Source of the DNA: an uncultured Syntrophaceae bacterium
GTDB lineage: Bacteria > Desulfobacterota > SM23-61
NCBI GenBank assembly: GCA_964484485.1
Contig: CAZAGD010000130.1
Coordinates: 339 to 64,338, forward strand
Direction of reading: 5' to 3'
Length of the DNA stretch: 64,000 nucleotides
A program made the position numbers and the translations under genes. The notes beneath the pieces are model-generated. The model had not been told where the DNA came from, searched no databases, and saw nothing but the letters and a program-made list of their open reading frames with translations. Of the stretch, positions 48,313-57,588 are shown one piece after another (within the stretch, counting starts at the first letter, position 1; every line of letters starts with the position of its first letter).

Positions 48313-49509
48313 ATGTCATTGCTAAATACACCATTTTTAATTGGGCAAAAGACTGCTCCTAATCGGTTCGTAAATCAACCAATGGAGTGTAATGATGCTG
48401 ATGAGCAAGGTAATCCTACTGACCTTACTTTTGAACGGTACCGAAAATTGGCTGAAGGAGGAGCGGGAATAATTTTTGTGGAGGCCTTAACCATTACGGA
48501 AGAGAGTCGCGCGCGTAAGAATCAATTGGGAATTTATGAGCGTACGGCTAAGAGTTTAGAAAAATTAGTTAGAGAAATGAAAGGCCTCAACCAACAATCA
48601 TTAATTTTATTCCAAATTACGCACTCCGGGAGGCAGAGTGCCGCTGGTTTTTCTCGCTTAGTTACAGTATATCCAACTGCTGATCTAAAGGCTCATGTAT
48701 TAACTGAAGAAGAGGTAGAAAAGATAGGCAATGACTTTGCTCATGCTGCCTTAATTGCCCAACAGGTAGGAGCTGATGGGCTCGATTTTAAACACTGTCA
48801 TGGCTACTTATGTGCGGAGATGCTCCGACCAGCCAATACACGCCAAGATCGTTTTGGGGGAAGTTTTGAAAACCGGGTACGCTTTTTTAAAGAGACAGCC
48901 CAGAAAATTAAAGACAAAGTGGGCAAGTCTTCTTTTCTCTGCGGAGTTCGTTTTTCAGTTTACGAAGGGATTCCCGGAGGGTTTGGGACATCTGGCCCGG
49001 AAGAAGTGATCGAAGATTTAGCCGAGCCCATAGCTTTCGCCCAAATTGTGGAGGAAGCAGGTTTTGATTATATAAATGTATCCGCAGGGATTCCGGCTAT
49101 TACTCCAGAAATCGTGAGGCCAACTAAGAATTATCCCGAGGGTGTTTACCGGCACTTTGGCTGGGCCAAAGTAATCAAAAGTAGGGTGCGCATCCCCATC
49201 ATCGGATCAGGGTACAGTTATCTCCGAGATGGAAATAACAATTTAAAAGACCCTGATCCGGAAAAGCGCAGCTTACTTTATTGGGCGGAGAAAAATTTAC
49301 GGCAAGGAATCTGCGATTTCGTAGGCTTAGGTCGCCAATCTTTAGCTGATCCTCTTTTTGCCCAGAAAATTTTAACCGGCAGGAATTCAGAAATTAATTA
49401 TTGCCGGGCTTGTGGAGGATGTTCTGCTCTTCTTGGGTCCCAACTGCCTACGGGCTGTGTAATTTATTCCGAATTTTATAAAAAAATCTTCAAGGAAAAA
49501 TCTTATTAA
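48313..49509 (+). CDS. NADH:flavin oxidoreductase (Old Yellow Enzyme family) with C-terminal Fe-S motif
   Basis: NRFVNQPME, GGAGIIFVE, QITHSGR, HCHGYL, GGSFENR, GRQSLADP, CRACGGC..C; AGGAG RBS before ATG 48313. Confidence 0.85.
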   Translation: MSLLNTPFLIGQKTAPNRFVNQPMECNDADEQGNPTDLTFERYRKLAEGGAGIIFVEALTITEESRARKNQLGIYERTAKSLEKLVREMKGLNQQSLILFQITHSGRQSAAGFSRLVTVYPTADLKAHVLTEEEVEKIGNDFAHAALIAQQVGADGLDFKHCHGYLCAEMLRPANTRQDRFGGSFENRVRFFKETAQKIKDKVGKSSFLCGVRFSVYEGIPGGFGTSGPEEVIEDLAEPIAFAQIVEEAGFDYINVSAGIPAITPEIVRPTKNYPEGVYRHFGWAKVIKSRVRIPIIGSGYSYLRDGNNNLKDPDPEKRSLLYWAEKNLRQGICDFVGLGRQSLADPLFAQKILTGRNSEINYCRACGGCSALLGSQLPTGCVIYSEFYKKIFKEKSY

Positions 49510-50729
49510 AGACGGCAGAGTTTCCCTGCCCACATGGCCTCGAAGAGTGCCCGGCATTCCGCGGAAGACATGGGCCGCGGATTATTGGGCCGCGGATATT
49601 TGGTTAAGCATATTTCCGCCATTTGCGGCACGTCTTCATGCCGGAACCCCATTTCCTTTAAGCTTACCGGCAGCTTTACATCAGCCGTCAAATCATACAC
49701 AAGTTCTGCCGCTTTTTGAGCAGCTTCCCTGGTAGAAAGGCCTTCTACCTTTGCCCCCATAGCGCGGGCAATAAGAGCCAGTTTATCTTCAATCACGGGC
49801 AAGTTGAAAACCATGGTATAAGGAAGCCCAACTCCGCAACCGATACCATGAGGTACAGGCTGAAACATGGCTAATACATAAGAAATACTATGGGCATATA
49901 ATCCCCCCGTGCCCGTAAAAGAAATCATAGAGAGAGTAGCTCCCATGGACATATAATACCGCGCTTCTAAATCTTGACCGTTAAATGTAGCCCGGCGCAG
50001 ATATTTAGCGATTAACTCGATGCCGCCTATGCCCAAACAATCATAGAAAGGATTAGCTAATTTATTCATCAAGCTTTCCACGGCATGAGAAAGAGCATCT
50101 ATGCCCGTGGAGGCGGTTATATTTGGCGGTAAAGAAATAGTTAGCCCTGGGTCTATAATAGCTATTTCGGCATAAGCGTAGGGAGAACCCATGAAATATT
50201 TATCTTTCCCTACCGAGCATACAAAAAACATAGAAACTTCACTTCCTGTGCCGGAAGTAGTGGGGATTAGAATCTTCTTCAAGGCCGGCTTTTCCACAAC
50301 TTTTTTGGTCATCAATTCTAAAGGAGGCTGCGGGTTGGTTGCGACAATAGAAGTAAGCTTGGCCATATCCATGGCGCTCCCTCCACCTAGACCGATCACT
50401 AAGTCCGGTTTTTCTTGCCGGGCCATTTCATAAAGCGCATCGGCGGTCTCCATGTGTGGTTCGGGATCTACACGGTCAAAGACGGCGGTCTTGATCATTT
50501 CTTTTTCTAACTTATCTTTCACAAAACCTGCATAACCCAATTTAACCATATTTTCATCGGTAACTAAGAGAGCTTTTTGGGCGCCTAATTTTTTAGCTTG
50601 TTCGCCCACTTTGGAAATCGTATTAAAACCAAATAAAATTCCGTAAGGCGGAAGAATACCGGCTGTTTGGAAAGTAAATTCCCGCTTTAAGTGGCTCGGA
50701 ATTTCATAATCAAATTTAAATTCACTCAT
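49506..50729 (-). CDS. Iron-containing alcohol dehydrogenase family protein
   Basis: GGGSAMD, PTTSGTGSE, DALSHAVES, PHG, NNPR. Confidence 0.9.
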   Translation of the reverse strand: MSEFKFDYEIPSHLKREFTFQTAGILPPYGILFGFNTISKVGEQAKKLGAQKALLVTDENMVKLGYAGFVKDKLEKEMIKTAVFDRVDPEPHMETADALYEMARQEKPDLVIGLGGGSAMDMAKLTSIVATNPQPPLELMTKKVVEKPALKKILIPTTSGTGSEVSMFFVCSVGKDKYFMGSPYAYAEIAIIDPGLTISLPPNITASTGIDALSHAVESLMNKLANPFYDCLGIGGIELIAKYLRRATFNGQDLEARYYMSMGATLSMISFTGTGGLYAHSISYVLAMFQPVPHGIGCGVGLPYTMVFNLPVIEDKLALIARAMGAKVEGLSTREAAQKAAELVYDLTADVKLPVSLKEMGFRHEDVPQMAEICLTKYPRPNNPRPMSSAECRALFEAMWAGKLCRL

Positions 50730-50756
50730 GGAAATCCCCCTTTCTTATTTTTTAGT

Positions 50757-50807
50757 AAGATATAATTTTTAGGAAACTAAAGTCAAGAAGATTTACTATT
50801 GACCGTC
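50757..50807 (-). promoter_or_regulatory. Promoter of the Fe-ADH gene with an upstream element end
   Basis: TTGACT-18 bp-TATCTT; ttgaccgtc at 50799-50807, 12 bp from the -35 box. Confidence 0.55.
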
Positions 50808-51261
50808 TTACAGCTTAAATTTTCAGTGCCCCATGAGAAAGGGCAGGAAAAGAGAATTTGAAAATAATATTGATTTTTGAAAATTTGAAGGATGAAAAAT
50901 GACGGATGAATCATTCTTGATAGAGGCAGTAAGAGAGGGGCCGAGCAAAAAATAAGAAGAGAAATTATTAATTTTTCAAGAAAAATTTTACGTTAAATAA
51001 GGAGCGCAGAGAAAAACCAAATTAAATCTGCTTTCTTTAATTCCTCTGGTCTAAAATAGGCTTTTTTCTTGAATTGGCGGAACCTGGGGCAGGAAGATTG
51101 TTGATGAGTTAAGGCATTCTCCAAGTTCTGTTCGAAAAAGGCAAATAGAAAGCCTTTTTTGAGATAACATATTGAAATTACTTTAAAATATATTGATTAA
51201 AAAATAGGCACTTTTTACAAAACTTAAAAATTATCATGAATTATTTATTCTATTCCTATTT

Positions 51262-51295
51262 TTTTCCACAAATTTTCCACAGTTATTGTGGATAG
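51262..51295. promoter_or_regulatory. Cluster of three DnaA-box-like 9-mers
   Basis: TTTTCCACA (51262), TTTTCCACA (51273), inverted TGTGGATAG (51287); adjacent to a very AT-rich tract. Confidence 0.55.
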
Positions 51296-51343
51296 AAAAA
51301 TAATCAAAAAATTTAGAGGCCAATCTTGTTAAAAAAATTTTTA

Positions 51344-52036
51344 TTAATTTGGCAAAAGAATTCTTTGCGGATTTAACTCTTGGAGAAGATGAAAAAGAGA
51401 TTTTCCATCGGGGCGTTCGAGGAGATGTTCCCAACCCCCTATATGGCAAAAAATTACTCCTTCTTTGCTCTTAAAAATTTGGCGAATTTTCTCGGCCATA
51501 TAAAATTCTCGCTCTAAAATTTCTTTGGTTACTGGCCAAATTTTCGGTGGATTATGAAAAAGATGCTTAGCTTTGGCATATTGAGCGGAGATCTCTTTAA
51601 AAAATGATCTTGAGGGTAACATATGTAAGTTCATTAAATTTTCCGGGGAGACGAGTTCGGCTAAATAAGTGAGTTTTTCTTGGGCGTAAACAGAAAGATC
51701 GATATCAAAAAGGTAAGCATTATTTATTTGGGCATAAAATTTTGCCGCTCGCCACTCGAAAGGATCCTTGAGCAGGCAGAAGATACTCATAACTGCTCCG
51801 TGAGAAATAATTTCTTTTAAAGAAAGGCCATTTTCATTTTTCATGCAGCGAAGATTTTCGCGCAAAGTTCGACGGATTTCGGGAACATGCTTGGCGCGGA
51901 AAGATAATGAATATGGGCTAATTTCTACCGTAATTATCCTCGGTTTTATTTCAGAAAGAAGATTAAAAAGTTTCTTATAACCGTGGGGGTCCTGATGAAC
52001 TGTACCTATTAAAATCAACGAAGAAACATTTTCCAT
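51344..52036 (-). CDS. Hypothetical protein with TraB/PrgY/Tiki-like metal-binding motifs
   Basis: LIGTVH, ITVEIS, REFYMAEKI, IGGWEHL. Family assignment is an inference. Confidence 0.55.
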   Translation of the reverse strand: MENVSSLILIGTVHQDPHGYKKLFNLLSEIKPRIITVEISPYSLSFRAKHVPEIRRTLRENLRCMKNENGLSLKEIISHGAVMSIFCLLKDPFEWRAAKFYAQINNAYLFDIDLSVYAQEKLTYLAELVSPENLMNLHMLPSRSFFKEISAQYAKAKHLFHNPPKIWPVTKEILEREFYMAEKIRQIFKSKEGVIFCHIGGWEHLLERPDGKSLFHLLQELNPQRILLPN

Positions 52037-52182
52037 GACTTTGATTTTCTTTTCTCAAAAATCCCAATTATTTATAGATTATTTTAAAGAAAAAAGGAAT
52101 CATGATAAAGAATAATTATGGAAGGGAACATTAATCTACGGATTATCGCTAACCCCTTAGCGAAACTGGGTCATAATTGGAT

Positions 52183-52213
52183 AAGCAGGCCAGAGGCAGG
52201 CCAGAGGCAGGCA
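52183..52213 (+). repeat. 2x CCAGAGGCAGG tandem 11-mer
   Basis: aagcagg ccagaggcagg ccagaggcagg ca. Confidence 0.65.
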
Positions 52214-52335
52214 TAAATGAGGAAGCATAGGCGGGATAAGGAAATTTGGATGGTTGACGGCATTTAATTTCCCATGCTAACTTAAAAATTAATCTATGGA
52301 TAAGCTCAATTATTATTGCTGCAGATATAAAGTTA

Positions 52336-53523
52336 ATGGAAAAGATTGCGCGTCGTGATTTGGTTGTCGTCGCTGCCGCCGGCACAATCGTCATTATGGG
52401 TTTAGGGTTCATTATCCCGCTTTTTCCCATATATGTGACCCAAAAAGGCGCAAATAATTTACAACTGGGGCTAATTATTTCAGGGTTTACCATTTCCCAA
52501 TTTTTAGTTCAGCCTTTCTTTGGAGGTCTTTCTGATCGTTTTGGGCGAAAACCGTTTATGCTCGGCGGAATGGTTTGTTACGGCCTAGTAGCTTTTTTAT
52601 ATATTTTTGCGGAATCTTTGATTCAAGTTTTTCTCGTGCGCCTTCTCCATGGAGTGGCGGCCGGAATGATTTGGCCGGCTTTGGCTGCTTTTGTAATTGA
52701 TCAATCTCCTTTAGAAAAAAGAGGGGAGGTTATCGGGATTTTATCGGCCGTGGAAATGTTAGGTTTTGCCATTGGCCCCTTTTTAGGGGGTGTTCTTTAT
52801 GGCTGGGGAGGAATGGATTTCCCTTTTTGGGGTTGTAGTATACTTGCTTGCTCATCCGCCCTAATGATCTGGAGTTTCATTCAGGAGAATAACTCATTTC
52901 CGCCTCAGAATTTTTTGCCGTGGAAGGAGCGTTATGGCTTTTCTTCTTTACGAATTGCGGATGTGCGGCTTTTATGTCTGATTGGCTTCGCCGAAGCATT
53001 TGTCTGGGGAACTATCATCACTGTATTACCTGTTATGGCCACCAATTTGGGAATTTTACCCGAAAGAATTGGCTGGTTATTTACTTCTTATTTTTTGGTT
53101 TTTATTTTCTTGCAGAGGCCCGTAGGGAGGTGGTCAGATAGGCAAGGTAGGAAAAAGCCCATTCTTTGGGGGATTATTATCTACACAATAGCCGTAATAC
53201 TTCTCTCTTTAGGCGGCTCTCTTCTTTATTTGTTGTTAGTTTTAGCTTTGGCAGGCGCAGGCTTGGGCATATATTCGCCCTCGGCGAGAGTAGCCATTGC
53301 TGATCTTTCCTCTGTAGAAGTTAGGGGAGCGAATATGGGCATCTTCTTCACTACGCGCATGATTGGTTTTTTTTTAGGGCCCAATGTAGCTGGCTTGATT
53401 GCTGATCGATTTAGCCAGGGATTTCCTTTCTTGATCGGAGCAGTAGTTTTAGGGATGGGGATTTGGGCCTCCCTTACTTTATCGAATAAATTGGCGAAAA
53501 AAAATATTAGCTCCCTTGCTTAA
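52336..53523 (+). CDS. MFS transporter (DHA1-like)
   Basis: Motif A GGLSDRFGRKP and GRWSDRQGRK; about 12 TM segments. Confidence 0.9.
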   Translation: MEKIARRDLVVVAAAGTIVIMGLGFIIPLFPIYVTQKGANNLQLGLIISGFTISQFLVQPFFGGLSDRFGRKPFMLGGMVCYGLVAFLYIFAESLIQVFLVRLLHGVAAGMIWPALAAFVIDQSPLEKRGEVIGILSAVEMLGFAIGPFLGGVLYGWGGMDFPFWGCSILACSSALMIWSFIQENNSFPPQNFLPWKERYGFSSLRIADVRLLCLIGFAEAFVWGTIITVLPVMATNLGILPERIGWLFTSYFLVFIFLQRPVGRWSDRQGRKKPILWGIIIYTIAVILLSLGGSLLYLLLVLALAGAGLGIYSPSARVAIADLSSVEVRGANMGIFFTTRMIGFFLGPNVAGLIADRFSQGFPFLIGAVVLGMGIWASLTLSNKLAKKNISSLA

Positions 53524-53676
53524 AATTTAGCTGCTCATGAGGAAGTTCTTATTGATCACGGTCTTAAGAAATGGCCACCCTACATCTTCTTGGCTAAATA
53601 ATGACCTTGCGCAAATGACCGGCGGAGATAAGGAAGCCTTTATAAGGGGATTTTTGAAAAAGGAGAGGTGATTAAT

Positions 53677-56655
53677 ATGGCGTACCGAATAGAGGTGGGT
53701 TTAAAGCCTGGAGTTAGAGATGCTCGTGGTGAAAAGATAAAACGCCGGATAATCGGTGATTTGCAAATTCCCGTGTTGGCCGTGGATACAATTGATGTTT
53801 ATACAGTCGATGCCGCTCTTTCCAGGCCCGAAATTGAATGTATAGCTCAAGGACCTTTTATAGACCCTATAATCCAAGAATTTTCTATTAATAAACCTTT
53901 GCGCCATGACTTCGATTGGGCCATTGAAGTAGGTTACAAACCAGGAGTCACAGATAATGTGGGGCGAACGGCTAAAGAAGCTATTGAATTGATCAGGCAA
54001 CGGAAATTTGAGCCCACAGAAGGAGTTTATACTTCTATTCTTTATCTCATCAAAGGAAATTTGAATAAAAGCCAAGCCGAGACCATTGCTACTGGTCTAT
54101 TGGCAAACACGCTCATTCAAAGATTCGAAATTAAAGATAAGTTTTCCTGGGATCCAGAGGTGGGCATGGGGATTACTATCCCGCGGGTTACGGGCAAGAA
54201 AGAGATCCGCGTAGAGGAGATTGATTTACAAATTAGCGACGAAGAGTTAATTAAGCTGAGCGCTCGCCGAGTTTTAGCTTTGAGCCTAAAAGAAATGAAA
54301 GCCATTCGCCAATACGCAGAGGATCCGCAAGTCAAAGAGGAAAGACTCAAGGTGGGCTTGGGGGATAAATTAACCGATTGTGAAATTGAAGCGTTGGCCC
54401 AAACTTGGTCGGAACACTGCAAACATAAAATATTTAACAGCCTGATTGAGTACCATGATGGACAAGGGAATGTTGTCTTAATCGATAGTCTCTTCAATTC
54501 TTTTATTAAACGTTCCACAGATGAGATTAGACGAAGAATGGGGGAGAAGGATTGGTGCGTCTCTGTTTTTAAGGATAATGCCGGAGTAATTCGGTTTAAT
54601 AAAGACTGGAACTTGGTCTTTAAAGTGGAAACGCACAATAGCCCTTCTGCTTTAGACCCTTATGGAGGAGCGTTAACCGGGATTGTGGGGGTTAATCGCG
54701 ACCCCTTCGGTACGGGTAAGGGAGCCAAGTTAATCTTCAACGTGGATACTTTTTGTTTTGCCCCTCCGGACTATGATAAACCTTTGCCGCCGCGGTTGCT
54801 CCACCCCAAAAGAATCTTCGAAGGAGTAAGGGAAGGAGTAGAACACGGAGGGAATAAGAGCGGTATACCAACTGTTAATGGCTCTATTGTTTTCGATGAA
54901 CGTTATGCGGGCAAACCATTGGTTTATTGTGGCACGGGAGGAATAATGCCGCGCGAAATTTTAGGAGAGCCTGCCCATGAAAAACAAGCGCGACCCGGCG
55001 ATTTAATAGTCATGACCGGAGGACGCATCGGGAAAGATGGTATCCACGGAGCTACTTTTTCTTCCGAAGAATTACACGAAGAATCTCCCACCAGTGCGGT
55101 GCAGATTGGCGACCCCATTACCCAAAAAAGGATGACCGATTTTTTATTGCGCGCGCGAGATTTAGGACTTTACCGATCAATAACTGATAACGGGGCGGGT
55201 GGCCTTTCGTCTTCTGTAGGAGAGATGGCCCGGGATTGTAATGGCTGCCGGCTTCATTTGGAAAGGGCTCCCCTTAAATATGCTGGATTAGATCCGTGGG
55301 AGATTTTGCTCTCGGAAGCCCAAGAAAGGATGACCTTGGCCGTACCCAAGGAGAAAATAGATACCTTCTTGGAGTTGGCCAAGAGGATGGAAGTAGAAGC
55401 GACTGTTTTAGGAGAATTTACGGACAGCGGATATTTTCATATTCTTTATGACGGCCGGACCGTAGCTTATTTGGATATGGATTTTTTGCATAATGGCTAT
55501 CCCCGCATGGAGCTTTGCGCCCGCTGGGAAAGTAAAAATTATCCTGAACCCGATTTCCCCGATCCAGAAGATTTAACTCCCTATTTAAAACAGGTGCTCG
55601 CGCGCTATAACGTTTGCAGCAAAGAAAGCGTTATCCGGCAATACGATCATGAAGTGCAGGGCGGAAGTGTAATCAAACCACTCGTGGGCGCTTTTAATGA
55701 TGGGCCGAGCGATGCTGCTGTTTTACGCCCCTTGTTAGATTCCTGGGAGGGGATAGTTATCTCTTCGGGAATTTGCCCTCGATACAGTGATGTCGATACC
55801 TATCACATGATGGCTTGCGCTATTGATGAAGCTATTAGAAATAATTTGGCGGTAGGTGGAAATTTAAATCATATGGCCGGACTGGACAATTTTTGTTGGT
55901 GCGATCCGGTAAAATCGGAAAAGACTCCTGATGGCGAATATAAATTGGCTCAACTTGTGCGAGCTAATATGGCGCTTTATGATTACACGACCGCCTTTGG
56001 TGTTCCCTGTATCTCTGGTAAAGACTCGATGAAAAACGATTACTTAATTGGGGAGACTAAGATTTCTATTCCACCCACTGTGTTATTCTCGGTCGTTAGC
56101 GTAATACCCGATGTGCGCAAATGCATAACCATGGATGCCAAACGGCCGGGTGATCTGGTTTATATATTAGGGGAGACTTATAATGAAATGGGCGCTTCAG
56201 AATATTATGCTTTACGGGGTTACATCGGCAATGAAGTGCCTAAGGTTAATGCGCCGAAAGCCAAAACTCTTTATCAAGCTTTGAGTCAGGCTATTCAACA
56301 AGGATTGGTAGCTTCCTGCCATGATTGTTCAGATGGTGGATTGGGGGTAGCCTTAGCTGAGACGGCCTTTGCCGGAGCCTTGGGCATGGAAGTGGATTTG
56401 GGCAAAGTGCCAGCGCCTTCGGGATTGCGTAACGATACTCTCCTCTTTTCTGAATCAGCAAGCCGTTTCGTAGTTACTATTCATCCGGAACAAAAAGAGC
56501 GTTTTGAAGAATGTCTGGCTGGAAATGTTTTTGCGGAAATCGGAGTAGTTACTAATCAAGATTATCTGCTTATTAAAGGATTGCATGGCCGAAGCGTAGT
56601 GACCGCCAATATTTTTGAACTAAAGGAAGCTTGGCAAAAACCACTAAGGTGGTAA
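53677..56655 (+). CDS. purL: FGAM synthase synthetase subunit with N-terminal PurS-like repeats
   Basis: QTWSEHCKHK, KVETHNSPS, DNGAGG, SEAQERM, QYDHEVQG, SGKDSMKN, HDCSDGG. Confidence 0.93.
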   Translation: MAYRIEVGLKPGVRDARGEKIKRRIIGDLQIPVLAVDTIDVYTVDAALSRPEIECIAQGPFIDPIIQEFSINKPLRHDFDWAIEVGYKPGVTDNVGRTAKEAIELIRQRKFEPTEGVYTSILYLIKGNLNKSQAETIATGLLANTLIQRFEIKDKFSWDPEVGMGITIPRVTGKKEIRVEEIDLQISDEELIKLSARRVLALSLKEMKAIRQYAEDPQVKEERLKVGLGDKLTDCEIEALAQTWSEHCKHKIFNSLIEYHDGQGNVVLIDSLFNSFIKRSTDEIRRRMGEKDWCVSVFKDNAGVIRFNKDWNLVFKVETHNSPSALDPYGGALTGIVGVNRDPFGTGKGAKLIFNVDTFCFAPPDYDKPLPPRLLHPKRIFEGVREGVEHGGNKSGIPTVNGSIVFDERYAGKPLVYCGTGGIMPREILGEPAHEKQARPGDLIVMTGGRIGKDGIHGATFSSEELHEESPTSAVQIGDPITQKRMTDFLLRARDLGLYRSITDNGAGGLSSSVGEMARDCNGCRLHLERAPLKYAGLDPWEILLSEAQERMTLAVPKEKIDTFLELAKRMEVEATVLGEFTDSGYFHILYDGRTVAYLDMDFLHNGYPRMELCARWESKNYPEPDFPDPEDLTPYLKQVLARYNVCSKESVIRQYDHEVQGGSVIKPLVGAFNDGPSDAAVLRPLLDSWEGIVISSGICPRYSDVDTYHMMACAIDEAIRNNLAVGGNLNHMAGLDNFCWCDPVKSEKTPDGEYKLAQLVRANMALYDYTTAFGVPCISGKDSMKNDYLIGETKISIPPTVLFSVVSVIPDVRKCITMDAKRPGDLVYILGETYNEMGASEYYALRGYIGNEVPKVNAPKAKTLYQALSQAIQQGLVASCHDCSDGGLGVALAETAFAGALGMEVDLGKVPAPSGLRNDTLLFSESASRFVVTIHPEQKERFEECLAGNVFAEIGVVTNQDYLLIKGLHGRSVVTANIFELKEAWQKPLRW

Positions 56656-56670
56656 AGGTTGGGGTTAAAT

Positions 56671-57492
56671 ATGAAGAAGATAAGAGCTTTGGTGCTGGCT
56701 GGAAATGGCATCAACTGCGAAATGGAAATGGCCCATGCTTGCCGGCTTGCCGGTTGCGATGAGGTAGACATAGTCTATATTTATGATCTCCTCTCCGGAG
56801 AAGTGCAATTGGAAGATTACCATTTTTTAAACCTCCCTGGAGGATTTTTAGATGGTGATGATTTAGGTTCGGCAAAAGCGATGGCCAACCGGTTAAAGTT
56901 TGCCCGCATTGCCGGCAAAGGAGAACGGTTGGAAGAAGCCATTCATCGCTTTATTCGGGATGGGAAAGTTATTCTGGGGGTATGCAACGGCTTTCAGTTG
57001 ATGGTTAAGGCGGGCCTCATTCCCGCCTTAGATGGAAAATATGGCCAGCAGGAAGTTACCCTTACCTTTAACGACTCGGGAAAATTCGAGGATCGCTGGG
57101 TTTATTTGAAAGCTAATCCGCAGAGCCCTTGCATATTTACTAAAGGATTAGATAAGTTATATTTACCAGTCCGCCATGGGGAAGGGAAGTTTATTCCCCG
57201 GGATGAGCAAGTTTTGAAAGCCCTGGAAGAAAAAAATTTAGTCGTTCTTCAGTATACTACTCCCCATTACGAAAGGCCTACTATGGATTATCCTTGGAAC
57301 CCAAATGGTTCAGTGGCGGCGGTGGCTGGGATATGTGATGAATCGGGGAGATTATTTGGCTTAATGCCTCATCCCGAAGCCTATCTATATGCCGTGAATC
57401 ATCCTCGTTGGACGAGGGAAAAAGTCCCTGAAGAAGGAATGGGGTTGGCAATTTTCAAAAATGCCGTAAATTACATCCGAAAAAATTTATAG
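56671..57492 (+). CDS. purQ: FGAM synthase glutaminase subunit
   Basis: GINCE, PGGFLDGDDLG, GVCNGFQ, HGEG, MPHPE. Confidence 0.93.
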   Translation: MKKIRALVLAGNGINCEMEMAHACRLAGCDEVDIVYIYDLLSGEVQLEDYHFLNLPGGFLDGDDLGSAKAMANRLKFARIAGKGERLEEAIHRFIRDGKVILGVCNGFQLMVKAGLIPALDGKYGQQEVTLTFNDSGKFEDRWVYLKANPQSPCIFTKGLDKLYLPVRHGEGKFIPRDEQVLKALEEKNLVVLQYTTPHYERPTMDYPWNPNGSVAAVAGICDESGRLFGLMPHPEAYLYAVNHPRWTREKVPEEGMGLAIFKNAVNYIRKNL

Positions 57493-57516
57493 CCCCTGGT
57501 CATAATTTAAAAGGAG

Positions 57517-57547
57517 CGAAAAAAAATTTGGATACCAATTTTTTTCG
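57517..57547. terminator. Hairpin between convergent purQ and TRAP permease genes
   Basis: cgaaaaaaaatttgg-ata-ccaatttttttcg. Confidence 0.45.
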
Positions 57548-57588
57548 AGCCCATCCATTAAATAAATCTCAAATAAAAAATTAGACGG

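Noticed and set aside
53524-53676. Purine, ZTP or PRPP riboswitch upstream of purL
   Set aside because: I could not recognise the conserved aptamer motifs by eye; an Rfam search would be decisive.
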